NCBI GenBank assembly: GCA_965226215.1
Contig: CBDDCH010000002.1
Span: 2,517,228-2,581,227, forward strand
Length of the DNA: 64,000 bases
Source of the DNA: Bryobacterales bacterium
GTDB taxonomy: Bacteria > Acidobacteriota > Terriglobia > Bryobacterales > UBA6623
Reading direction: 5' to 3'
The notes under the pieces were generated by a model. That model ran no database searches. It was not told the origin of the DNA and saw only the letters and a program-made list of their open reading frames with translations. How positions within the stretch are numbered: the stretch's first letter is position 1; each line of letters starts with the position of its first letter. The position numbers and the translations under genes are program-made. Shown here one piece after another: positions 1 to 8,011 of this stretch.

Positions 1-618
1 ATCGCTCCCCGAAATGGTCGCACCGAGCCAGGGGTCGTGTTCCGCCTGTGCAGCCCGGTAGCTGCCCTGCACTTGGAACTTGAAGAGCCGCCCGGGCCGC
101 AAGACCCGGTAAACTTCGCGAATATAGCTCTCGATGATTGCCCTGCTGGGAATGTGCTGGAAGACGACAAAGCTGAAGGCGAAGTCGTACTCCACATCCC
201 CCAGCACCGACAGGTCCGTACCGTTATTTCGGTACAGATGGACATTGGAACAATCGGCAAGCAACTCGCGTGCCCGTTCGACCATGCCACCGCTTACATC
301 AACACCATGGACTTCTCCGAACACCTTAGCCAGGGCCCGAGTCATGCGCCCGGCGCCACAACCGATCTCCAGGACGCGCATTTCTGTTGGGGGCATCTCC
401 TGAAAGATACTGTCCATGTCGTTCAGGATCAATTGGCGGACCGATTCCTCGCCTGAGGCGAAAAACTCCTCCCGGCGCCATTCGTCCTTCGAATCGTCAA
501 TATAGTGGAAAGCGTTTTCGTGCGCGCGGGCGTCCCACTCCTCCCGCATCTCCCGCTCGACGTCGCGCTCTAGGTGTGGCTTTTCGGAACTCAAATCGGT
601 CACTTCTCCACTGCGCAT
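1..618 (-). CDS. class I SAM-dependent methyltransferase (start in window, 3' end runs off the left edge)
   Basis: Not in the ORF track because it leaves the window. My reverse-complement translation from the ATG at 618 reads MRSGEVTDLSSEK...MRVLEIGCGAGRMTRALAKVFGEVHGVDVSGGMVERARELL...YRVLRPGRLFKFQVQG. This shows SAM motif I (GxGxG) and the downstream acidic motif. Plus-strand ORFs 37..456 and 134..403 are its antisense shadows. Confidence 0.7.
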   Translation of the reverse strand, partial: MRSGEVTDLSSEKPHLERDVEREMREEWDARAHENAFHYIDDSKDEWRREEFFASGEESVRQLILNDMDSIFQEMPPTEMRVLEIGCGAGRMTRALAKVFGEVHGVDVSGGMVERARELLADCSNVHLYRNNGTDLSVLGDVEYDFAFSFVVFQHIPSRAIIESYIREVYRVLRPGRLFKFQVQGSYRAAQAEHDPWLGATISGSD

Positions 619-676
619 GACCACAAGTGATGGCTGGAAAGTCTCAAGGATTGTGAATCCTTACATGGCGGCCCAC

Positions 677-1543
677 CTAGTCTTTCTTGCGACGTAGCCA
701 TCCTCCAGGATTGAAGGTCATGACCATCGCCTCCCGAGAAAAGTCTTGCTCGAAGAGATCACTGCCCCCTTCCGCCAGGAACTTGTTGACCGCCGCCATG
801 GGTCCGGGCCCGAAGTGGGGGTAGATAGGTACCGAGTCGTAATGGGTATCTTCGACCACGATGTAGCTACCGTGGCTGACCATCGGGGAATACATCCTCA
901 GCTCTTGACGAACATGATGCATGTGATGGTCGGAATCCAAAACCACCAGCACTTTCTTTCCTTTAACACGCTCTGAAATCTGAGCAACAAGATCCGGGTC
1001 AGTAGAGCCGGCGTGGAAAAATTCAACATATTGATGCCAAAGCGGTACGTGAATCGCGTCCTCCACCATATCTTGAATATCTACGGTCAGTACCCTCGAG
1101 CTTGTTAGGCCCATGCCGTTGAGCGTGTGAGCCCAGTAGAGGGCCGAACCGCCGCGCCAGGTTCCCGTCTCGATGATGAAGTCCGGTCGAATCTCATAGA
1201 TCACCTCTTGCATCATCCACAGGTCGAGAGGGTTCTTGATGATTTTTACACCCAAGAACCGCATGTTGTCCCAGATGCCGAGATCGTGGAACAGCCTCAT
1301 CAGCTCGTTCTGTTTCTTAAGACCCAGCTTCAAGTCGCGCTGCTCGATAATCTTCAGATAGCCCTTGCGGGCCAGCCGAGCTTGCTCGGTCAGATATTCC
1401 TTGGTGAATTCGTATTCCCTCAACGCTGCTGAGTGAACGATCAGGGAGCGCTCGACACCTTCCTGCGGTTGAAACGATTTATCGGTCTCGAACTCCAAGA
1501 CGACTTTGTCCGCTTGCAGCGCTTGGGCCGGTATCCTCTTCAC
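677..1543 (-). CDS. CmcI / cephalosporin-hydroxylase-family methyltransferase-like protein
   Basis: The 288-aa ORF contains ...FLGVKIIKNPLDLWMMQEVIYEIRPDFIIETGTWRGGSALYWA...VLVVLDSDHHMHHV..., the pattern I recognise from the CmcI family (PF04989-like). The reading frame stays open upstream as far as the IS256 end at 1686, so the true start is uncertain. Confidence 0.7.
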   Translation of the reverse strand: MKRIPAQALQADKVVLEFETDKSFQPQEGVERSLIVHSAALREYEFTKEYLTEQARLARKGYLKIIEQRDLKLGLKKQNELMRLFHDLGIWDNMRFLGVKIIKNPLDLWMMQEVIYEIRPDFIIETGTWRGGSALYWAHTLNGMGLTSSRVLTVDIQDMVEDAIHVPLWHQYVEFFHAGSTDPDLVAQISERVKGKKVLVVLDSDHHMHHVRQELRMYSPMVSHGSYIVVEDTHYDSVPIYPHFGPGPMAAVNKFLAEGGSDLFEQDFSREAMVMTFNPGGWLRRKKD

Positions 1544-1686
1544 AAATATGTACCGCCCGTGGTTTTCATAGGTTTCACTCCCGACCGGATGTTGGTTCGC
1601 CGTTGCCGTGAGGGTGAGGGGACTGAAGCGATCCAGGGTAACCTCGTTGGGGAGCGCGAGGTCAAGTTCCAGAGCTATAACCAGAA

Positions 1687-3070
1687 GTTGTGGATGAGCC
1701 TCTGAGGGGAGGCGGCGTATCCTGACGATTGAGGAAGCAACTCAATCGTTTTCTGGAAAGGAACAAGGAGGATACGCCATGAGTCAGTGTGAAGCTGCTG
1801 AGAGCAGCAGTCAAGTCAACCCCCAAGTCATTGATGGAAAGGAACGCTCGCCCTTGGATGAGGTGCTGCGCCAAGGAGCGCGCCAGATGCTCGTCAAGGC
1901 CGTGGAAGCCGAAGTGACCGCCTACATCGAAACGCATCAGCACGAAGTCGACCAGGACGGCCGGCGGCTGGTGGTGCGCAACGGTCACGCCCGCGAGCGC
2001 ACCATCGTCAGCGGCGTGGGTCAGCTGAAGATCCAGGCGCCGCGGGTCGACGATCGCCGAGTCGATGAGCAGGGCCGGCGCTTTCGTTTCACTTCCCAGA
2101 TCCTGCCGCCGTATCTGCGGCGCACGAAGAGTGTGGAGGAGTTGATCCCCTGGTTGTACCTGAAAGGGATCTCGACGGGCGATTTCAGCGAAGCGCTGAA
2201 GGCCTTGCTGGGGCCCGACGCTCCGGGCCTGTCGGCGACGACGGTGGTGCGTCTCAAAGACGTCTGGCGCCGCGAGTACGAGGCTTGGTCAAAGCGTGAC
2301 CTCAGCGGCCAGCGGTTTGTTTACATTTGGGCCGATGGCATCTACTCGAATGTTCGTCTGGACGATGAACGGCAGTGTTTGCTGGTTGTGATGGGAGCAC
2401 TCGAAGACGGTCGCAAGCAACTGCTGGCGGTGCACGACGGCTTTAGCGAAAGCGAACTGTCGTGGCAGGAGTTGCTGGAGGACTTGAAACGGCAGGGGCT
2501 CGAGCTGCCGCCGAAGTTGGCGGTGGGCGACGGAGCGATTGGGTTTTGGGCGGCACTGCGGAAAGTCTATCCGGCGACCGGTGAGCAACGCTGCTGGCTC
2601 CACAAGACGGCCAACGTGCTCAATAAGCTGCCGCAGAGCATGCAGGGCAAAGCCAAGCAGGCGCTGCGCGACATCTATCTTGCCGAGAGTCGGCAGACGG
2701 CGGAGGCCGCTCTGGACCGTTTCAAGAACCTATACGAGAAGAAGTTCCCCAAAGCGGTCGAGTGCCTGGAAAAAGACCGCCAAGTGCTGCTGGCTTTCTA
2801 CGACTTTCCGGCCGAGCACTGGGGGCACTTGCGGACGACGAACCCGATCGAGTCCACCTTTGCGACGGTCCGTTTGCGGCAGCGACGAACGAAGGGTTGT
2901 GGCAGCCGCGAAGCGTCGTTAACGATGGTCTTCATGCTGGCCCGCCAAGCCGAGCGCCACTGGCGACGCCTGAACGGTTCGGAAGTGATTGTTCATGTCT
3001 TAGAGGGAAAGGTTTTCAAGGATGGATTGATGGTTCAGGAAAACGCCGCCTGACCTCGCCCATCCACAAC
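1687..3070 (+). mobile_element. IS256-family insertion sequence (1384 bp)
   Basis: There are imperfect terminal inverted repeats. The left end at 1687 is GTTGTGGATGAGCC...GGCGGCGTATCCTG. The reverse complement of the right end at 3070 is GTTGTGGATGGGCG...GGCGGCGTTTTCCTG. A single mutator-type transposase gene lies inside. I could not find the 8-9 bp target duplication. Confidence 0.85.
1779..3053 (+). CDS. IS256-family (mutator-type) transposase
   Basis: The 424-aa ORF has the typical IS256 layout: ...LDEVLRQGARQMLVKAVEAEVTAYIE...YIWADGIY...LAVGDGAIGFWAAL...QRCWLHKTANVLNKLP...TTNPIESTFATVRLR... Confidence 0.9.
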   Translation: MSQCEAAESSSQVNPQVIDGKERSPLDEVLRQGARQMLVKAVEAEVTAYIETHQHEVDQDGRRLVVRNGHARERTIVSGVGQLKIQAPRVDDRRVDEQGRRFRFTSQILPPYLRRTKSVEELIPWLYLKGISTGDFSEALKALLGPDAPGLSATTVVRLKDVWRREYEAWSKRDLSGQRFVYIWADGIYSNVRLDDERQCLLVVMGALEDGRKQLLAVHDGFSESELSWQELLEDLKRQGLELPPKLAVGDGAIGFWAALRKVYPATGEQRCWLHKTANVLNKLPQSMQGKAKQALRDIYLAESRQTAEAALDRFKNLYEKKFPKAVECLEKDRQVLLAFYDFPAEHWGHLRTTNPIESTFATVRLRQRRTKGCGSREASLTMVFMLARQAERHWRRLNGSEVIVHVLEGKVFKDGLMVQENAA

Positions 3071-3362
3071 ATTTGACAATATCTCTACGACCCCAGCGCC
3101 ACCACAATAGCCCTGTGACAGCTGCCACTGTGAGCAAGACAGGGTCATAGACCCAGCCCATCGAGCACAGAAGGAAAACCGCGTTGCTTAGGCAAGCAGC
3201 TCCCAGAGCAAAGCCGAATATCCAGCTCTCGGCTCTAGTCAGAGTGGCGGCGACGCCCCCCAGTTGGGCAAGCAGAAGGCGACCCAAAAGGCACGCGGTC
3301 AAGACGGTCAGAGCCGAGCCGAACAGAATGCCGGCCACCTTGTCGAGAGCTTCTATGGGCAT
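3071..3362 (-). pseudogene. N-terminal fragment (97 codons, about 3 TM helices) of a membrane protein, cut by the IS256 element
   Basis: ORF 3000..3362 starts MPIEALDKVAGILFGSALTVLTACLLG... and runs straight into the IS256 right end at 3070. Its last 23 residues are IS-encoded. Confidence 0.5.
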
Positions 3363-3515
3363 GGTTCAGTGAAAGCGACGATGCATGCGCGACTGGCGCG
3401 TCTCGAAGTTATCGCTCTTGGGCGGCAATGGGCTGACGGGGCCGCAGGTCCACAGCGGTCGACCGCGATCGATCACCATGCCGCAATCCGATTCCGATCC
3501 GAGCGTTGGCGGCCC

Positions 3516-3913
3516 TCAGCCTGATCTCAGCTTGAGCTTTACCAGAGCCGAATACTGCGGGGTGACGTCAATGAGCCGCGGTCCCGAGGCATCATACACC
3601 ACGATGTTTTTTCGCTGGATGGCCCGTAGCGTGTCCTCCTTGCTCAAAACGTATGTTTCGACGGGTGCTGAACCCGGCTTCGGGGAAATGTGATTGTGGC
3701 CGGGCCCCAAATATACGTCGTACAGATGAACCAGCCGAAACGCTTCGTGGGCAATCGATAGATGGAAAATCATTTCCGGCACGCTGGTCAACACGATCGT
3801 CTTCGTGGGGTGAAGATTCCTCGCTTGGGAGACGTCCGAGATCAGCTGTTTAACCGAGAGACTCAACGGTTGATAGTAATTCACCTCTTGATAGGCCCTG
3901 CGAACGAGCCCCA
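3516..3913 (-). pseudogene. out-of-frame C-terminal soluble domain that probably belongs to the 3881..4969 gene
   Basis: The last ~125 residues of ORF 3516..4211 (RRAYQEVNYYQPLSLSVKQLISDV...IVVYDASGPRLIDVTPQYSALVKLKL) start exactly where the 362-aa frame stops. The N-terminal part of that 231-aa ORF is only an alternative frame of the membrane protein. Confidence 0.4.
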
Positions 3914-4969
3914 CAAGAACAACCCGAGGCACATAACCGCTGCAACGCGGTACACCTTCGTAGCTTGTACGGCCAACACAGCCGCCCAGCCACCCAGCAT
4001 GGCCAAACCGAGGGTCGGAATCACGAGATAGTAGTCCGAGCGATGCTCGCGAGCGGGCAAGTAAGGGGTGAGGCTCAACAGGAACCATGCCAGGAAGAAC
4101 AGCCCCAGGAAATTCTTTCGGCGGGCCTGATGGACTGCCACGGCCAGCAAAGGAATACCAACAAGCAGGGCGAAAACGACCGGCTCGTGGGCGGCCACCG
4201 ACGATCTCCAATAGTGCAGTAGGCTGCCCACGAAGCCCGCGGCGTCAAAATGTGGCTGGTAGACTCCTCGGCCCGCCTCCTGTACTGCCCCCCATTGCAG
4301 CCAGCCGAGCCCGGCGGAGCCAAGAAGCATCACGGAGACGTGCAGCCAATAGCGACGATAGATGAGTGCGACATAGGCGAGTAGCACGGCCGGATAGACG
4401 ACCATCATTTCGTGCGCTCCGAAACCGAGCACGAAAGTCATCCACTGCCCCCAATAGTAAACCGAGCGGCTCGTGGCGACAAAACAAAGGAAAAGCCAGA
4501 AGCCAAGCAAGAAAAAGAACGCACAAAGGATCTGATTGTAGGCCGAGGTCCAGGTTAGGCTTGTCGCCAGACCGTGGTGCAGCCCCCACAGGGAAGCCGC
4601 CACGAAGCCTGCCCATCGCTGCTTTGTCACTCGATGAGTGATCGCCGCCAGCAGCCAGAGATTCACGACGTGAGTAGCGAAAGCCAGCACGCGGTAGGGA
4701 AAGGCGTCCAAGCCAAACCATTGGTAGAAATAGTAAAAAAACAGACGTTCACTCAGAGGGCGAAACTGTCCCCAGTGTCTCGGCTCCCAGATGGCCGGCC
4801 AGAACTCCTGATCCGGCAGCGCAACCAGCAGCAACAACGAGAAGTCATCTTTGTGAAACCAAGACCACAGCCCGCGATAGTAAAGCAGCAGGCTAAGAAA
4901 GGCCGGTATCGTCCAGTAAAGAGCGGCGAAAAGGAGACGCAGTCGGGTTTTTGAGGGAACTTCGCTCAC
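3881..4969 (-). CDS. GT-C-fold membrane glycosyltransferase (ArnT/PMT, GT39-like), probably truncated by a frameshift near its 3' end
   Basis: The 362-aa polytopic ORF has an acidic KDDF motif in the first loop after TM1, followed by many aromatic-rich TM helices. Its start overlaps the stop of the upstream lipoprotein gene by 4 nt. Confidence 0.55.
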   Translation of the reverse strand: MSEVPSKTRLRLLFAALYWTIPAFLSLLLYYRGLWSWFHKDDFSLLLLVALPDQEFWPAIWEPRHWGQFRPLSERLFFYYFYQWFGLDAFPYRVLAFATHVVNLWLLAAITHRVTKQRWAGFVAASLWGLHHGLATSLTWTSAYNQILCAFFFLLGFWLFLCFVATSRSVYYWGQWMTFVLGFGAHEMMVVYPAVLLAYVALIYRRYWLHVSVMLLGSAGLGWLQWGAVQEAGRGVYQPHFDAAGFVGSLLHYWRSSVAAHEPVVFALLVGIPLLAVAVHQARRKNFLGLFFLAWFLLSLTPYLPAREHRSDYYLVIPTLGLAMLGGWAAVLAVQATKVYRVAAVMCLGLFLWGSFAGPIKR

Positions 4970-5508
4970 TTTAGGGCTACGGAAGTGGCCACCAGCCCGA
5001 GCTCGCGTGTCTCTATTTCACCGGCGGCGATCGCATTATCGAGCCGGAATTCCACTTTGGCGATCTTCTGGTCGAGCGCCTCAGCCGGCACCGGCTTGGT
5101 GAAAGTGTAGTCGCCGGGCTTGTCGAAAGTCTCGGCGCCTACCGGCACACCATTCACGGTCGCGGACAGGGTAAGAGTTTGGAGTTGTCGGATCGAAACC
5201 TCCGGCACAGTAAATCTCAGTTCAATGGTGACGGTCTCATCAGGCAGTGGCGGTGGTGGTTTCAGGGCTACCGAAAACGCCTTTTTCGTCCAACGCCAGG
5301 TACCCTGCTCTACATCGTAAAACCCTGCGAGCAACTGAACCGCCCCACGAGGGTCGGCCATATGAACCGTGGAGAGAAGCTCCGCCGGGGGCTGCGTGGG
5401 CGTAGCTGTTTCCTGCCCCGTCGGTGGATTTAATTCAGGCTCATTCTTTGGACAGGCTACGAAGAGGAGTGCCGCGGCCAGTAATGCAACAAGCACCAGT
5501 TTCCTCAT
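4966..5508 (-). CDS. lipoprotein of unknown function
   Basis: The N-terminus MRKLVLVALLAAALLFVAC is a signal peptide plus a lipobox-like Cys. The stop overlaps the start of the downstream glycosyltransferase. Confidence 0.6.
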   Translation of the reverse strand: MRKLVLVALLAAALLFVACPKNEPELNPPTGQETATPTQPPAELLSTVHMADPRGAVQLLAGFYDVEQGTWRWTKKAFSVALKPPPPLPDETVTIELRFTVPEVSIRQLQTLTLSATVNGVPVGAETFDKPGDYTFTKPVPAEALDQKIAKVEFRLDNAIAAGEIETRELGLVATSVALK

Positions 5509-5578
5509 AGGGCAACCACGATCATACTAATAGGCAAAGGGACTGGGCAAACGAGTCGGCTGGGCGCGGAGGCGAGCG

Positions 5579-6892
5579 CTACTCCAACCTCTCGCCCCCT
5601 ACATACACCGCATGGATCGCACGAGCGTTGCGGATGTCCTCGAGCGGGTTCTTGTCCAACACGATGAAATCACCCGCTTTGCCTTTCGCCAGCGTTCCCA
5701 GTTGATTCGACACGCCGAGGGCTTCGGCGGCGTTTTTCGAGAATGATTCGATCACCTGCATCGGGGTTAGCCCGGCCTCGACCATCAACTCCATCTCCCA
5801 GTGCTCGAAGAATCCTTGGAAGCGTCCCGGCGGGCCGCTGTCGGTGCCGAAGCCGATACGGACTCCGCCGTCGGCCAACGCTTTCAGGTTGCGCGCAGCA
5901 ACTTGAAATCCGTCCTTGTTGACCCCTAGCTTGGGATCTTTGGCCTGCTTGGCCCTCAATTGGGTCTTCACGCCTTCGACGACAGCCGGGCCGACAGCCA
6001 GTCGGAAGAAAGGGTCATCGAGCCAGGCGGGAGGATCGGCGTACACGAAGGTCGATTGCTCGCGGCTCAACGTCGCCGCGAGAGTCACCTTGTTCCGCTT
6101 CATCGCGGCGATCAAGGCTTCATCGACTTCGGCATCTCGAACGCTGTGCGCCAACACGTCAACCCCCGCATCGACCAGGCCCTTCGCGTCCGAGAGTTCG
6201 TAGACATGAGCCAGAACTTTCAGTCCTCGCTTGTGAGCCTGTTTGATAATGGCGGAGTAAATCGCGGGGGACAACTTGCGGAACGTATCATGCTCGTCGT
6301 CCACCCAGATTTTGACGATATCGGCGCCTTTGTCAGCCAGTTTATTCGTCCAAGCGCGAGCTTGTGCGGCGCCGGCCACTTCCAGAACGACCCCCTTCAA
6401 GCCGGGTATATGACTGGGATACCCGCCGAGGGAGGTGAATCCTTGCAGGGCCGTGAAAACCCGCGCGCCGCTTATCCTCCCCCGCCGCTGCTCATCGCGA
6501 ATTTCGAGGATCAGATCTTGGTCCACGCCCAGACTGGTCGTCGTGGTGACGCCGTAGCGGGCGTAGGTGCGAAGCTGCGCCTCGACATTCTCGCGGGTGT
6601 AGTTGTCGACGTCGCTTGTGAGGCCCCGGGTCATTCCCACGTGACCGTGCAGGTTGATGATGCCAGGGATTATCGTCTTGCCGCTCAGATCGACCACCTT
6701 GGCCAGAGCCGGAACCTTGACCTTGGAGGCTGGCCCGATGCTGCGTATCTTGCCGTTGGCCAGCACGATTGTCGCGTCAGGCTGAGGCGGCCCACCGCTC
6801 CCATCGATCAGCGTCGCATGGGTCAGAACTGTTACTTGGGCCGGTAGGGCGAGAACGGCCAACAAGCCGGCCAGCAGAAAGCGAGTCATCAT
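5579..6892 (-). CDS. secreted amidohydrolase-family metallohydrolase
   Basis: It carries the metal-binding signature ...IIPGIINLHGHVGM... and later ...VLAHS...GFGTDSG... motifs. I prefer the start at ATGATG (6892/6889), giving the signal peptide MMTRFLLAGLLAVLALPAQV, over the ORF-track start at 6946. Confidence 0.8.
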   Translation of the reverse strand: MMTRFLLAGLLAVLALPAQVTVLTHATLIDGSGGPPQPDATIVLANGKIRSIGPASKVKVPALAKVVDLSGKTIIPGIINLHGHVGMTRGLTSDVDNYTRENVEAQLRTYARYGVTTTTSLGVDQDLILEIRDEQRRGRISGARVFTALQGFTSLGGYPSHIPGLKGVVLEVAGAAQARAWTNKLADKGADIVKIWVDDEHDTFRKLSPAIYSAIIKQAHKRGLKVLAHVYELSDAKGLVDAGVDVLAHSVRDAEVDEALIAAMKRNKVTLAATLSREQSTFVYADPPAWLDDPFFRLAVGPAVVEGVKTQLRAKQAKDPKLGVNKDGFQVAARNLKALADGGVRIGFGTDSGPPGRFQGFFEHWEMELMVEAGLTPMQVIESFSKNAAEALGVSNQLGTLAKGKAGDFIVLDKNPLEDIRNARAIHAVYVGGERLE

Positions 6893-7088
6893 GTTTCTTA
6901 CTCCGCCACGAACGGGGACCACTGAGCAGCGGCTGGATTGTAGCACAACTCACTCGTTCGACCGGATGCTATGCTTCACCAGCTGACGGTCGAAGCACGC
7001 AATAAGCCCGCCAAAATTTCCGTAAGTATCTGTAAAACAAGGCGTTATTAGGAATTGGCTTTGTTTGGTAATTCTGTGGCTCGGTAGC

Positions 7089-7197
7089 CCACCGACGCGG
7101 ACGCTGGAACAGCGCCAGGTCCGCGCTACGAGCTGCCCACGGACGCGGACGCTGGAACAGCGCCAGGTCTCCGCGCTACGAGCTGTCCACGGACGCT
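7089..7197. repeat. tandem repeat, about 2.3 copies of a 47-50 bp unit, each unit containing a 10-bp-stem hairpin
   Basis: CCACCGACGCGGACGCTGGAACAGCGCCAGGTCCGCGCTACGAGCTG is followed by a near-identical copy and a partial third. Inside each unit GCGGACGCTGG..CCAGGTCCGC can pair. Confidence 0.85.
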
Positions 7198-7496
7198 ACA
7201 TGCTACTCTTGTAACCCGGCTGGTCCGACCCGTCGGATTTTTACGGATCCGACCGTCCCGCCGCACTGGAAACCAACTGTAAACCATTGATTCCCTTTGG
7301 GTTCGACGAAATTGGGTTTGTTTGGTAATTTTGTTGCCTCGTTGATTCGCGGCTTCCGACGGCCCGTGCTCGAATGGGCCCCGAATGCTTCGCGTGTACT
7401 CAATTACATTGTACCTTGCCAATCCAAGGAGGTCTTGGCGCCAATGGGGCTAAGCTGCTTTTAATGAGATACTTAGGCTGCGTGACATCCAGCCCG

Positions 7497-7790
7497 TATT
7501 TCTCATCACAGTCCGCGGTGGATGAGGCGAAAGGCCCGGCGGCCGTGACTCGCAGCGACGGTGTGTGTAGATCGCCCCAGAGTACAGCATGTCGCTAACC
7601 CGCTTTTTTCACCAGGAGCGAGTAGGGGCGGGCCACTGTGCCCGCCCAGTAGTGTCGATGTACGATCTTTTCCACAAATTCGCACTGAACAATGTGTACT
7701 GATCGGTAGTGGGCCGACACGGTGGTCGGCCCCTACGAGAACAACGGGTTTTGTGGCGAACCGGCGAAGTTTGTGAGAAAAGCGGGCTAA
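7497..7790. repeat. two abutting MITE/REP-like modules (a family-C-like fragment, then a family-A element with TIRs CCCGCTTTTTTCAC / GTGAGAAAAGCGGG)
   Basis: 7597-7790 starts ACCCGCTTTTTTCACC and ends TGTGAGAAAAGCGGGCT. Its internal block CTGAACAATGTGTACTGATCGGTA.TGGGCCGACACGGTGG.CGGCCC.TACGAGAACAACGGGTTTTGTG.CGAAC.GGCGAA.TTTGTGAGAAAAGCGGGCT recurs at 39327-39427. 7497-7596 shares GGCGAAAGGCCCG..GGCC...TGTGTAGATCGCCC with 36057-36169. Confidence 0.75.
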
Positions 7791-8011
7791 GCGGGTGCGA
7801 TGAATCGCGCCTTCGACAAGCTAAAGCTTGTCCGCACCGCCAACCAGGACAAACACGAGTGTTTGTCGCCACCGTAAACGCCACCCCAGCAGACCGGCAC
7901 TCAGGTAGCGACCGCCACTCTTGGCGGTCAAGAGATCGCGGCAAGGCGGGGCTTCGGCGGCGATCCGACACGAGGGCGCCCAGTGGGATCCCGCGGGCCG
8001 GAAAGCCGCCC

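Noticed and set aside
5960-6847. Long plus-strand ORFs opposite strong minus-strand genes (for example 5960..6847, 8597..9316, 9764..10573, 16817..18157, 25894..26757, 38440..39111, 42234..43232, 46453..47727, 50126..51289, 55550..56248)
   Set aside because: These are typical antisense shadow ORFs of GC-rich DNA. They have Arg/Pro/Gly-rich composition and no recognisable motifs, and each fully overlaps a gene with clear family signatures.
6947-8011. A tRNA, rRNA or other classical RNA gene in the long gene-free stretch (and in the other intergenic gaps)
   Set aside because: The hairpins here are simple palindromes and repeats. I could not find a cloverleaf with a T-loop (GTTCRANNC) or any rRNA-like conserved block anywhere in the window.
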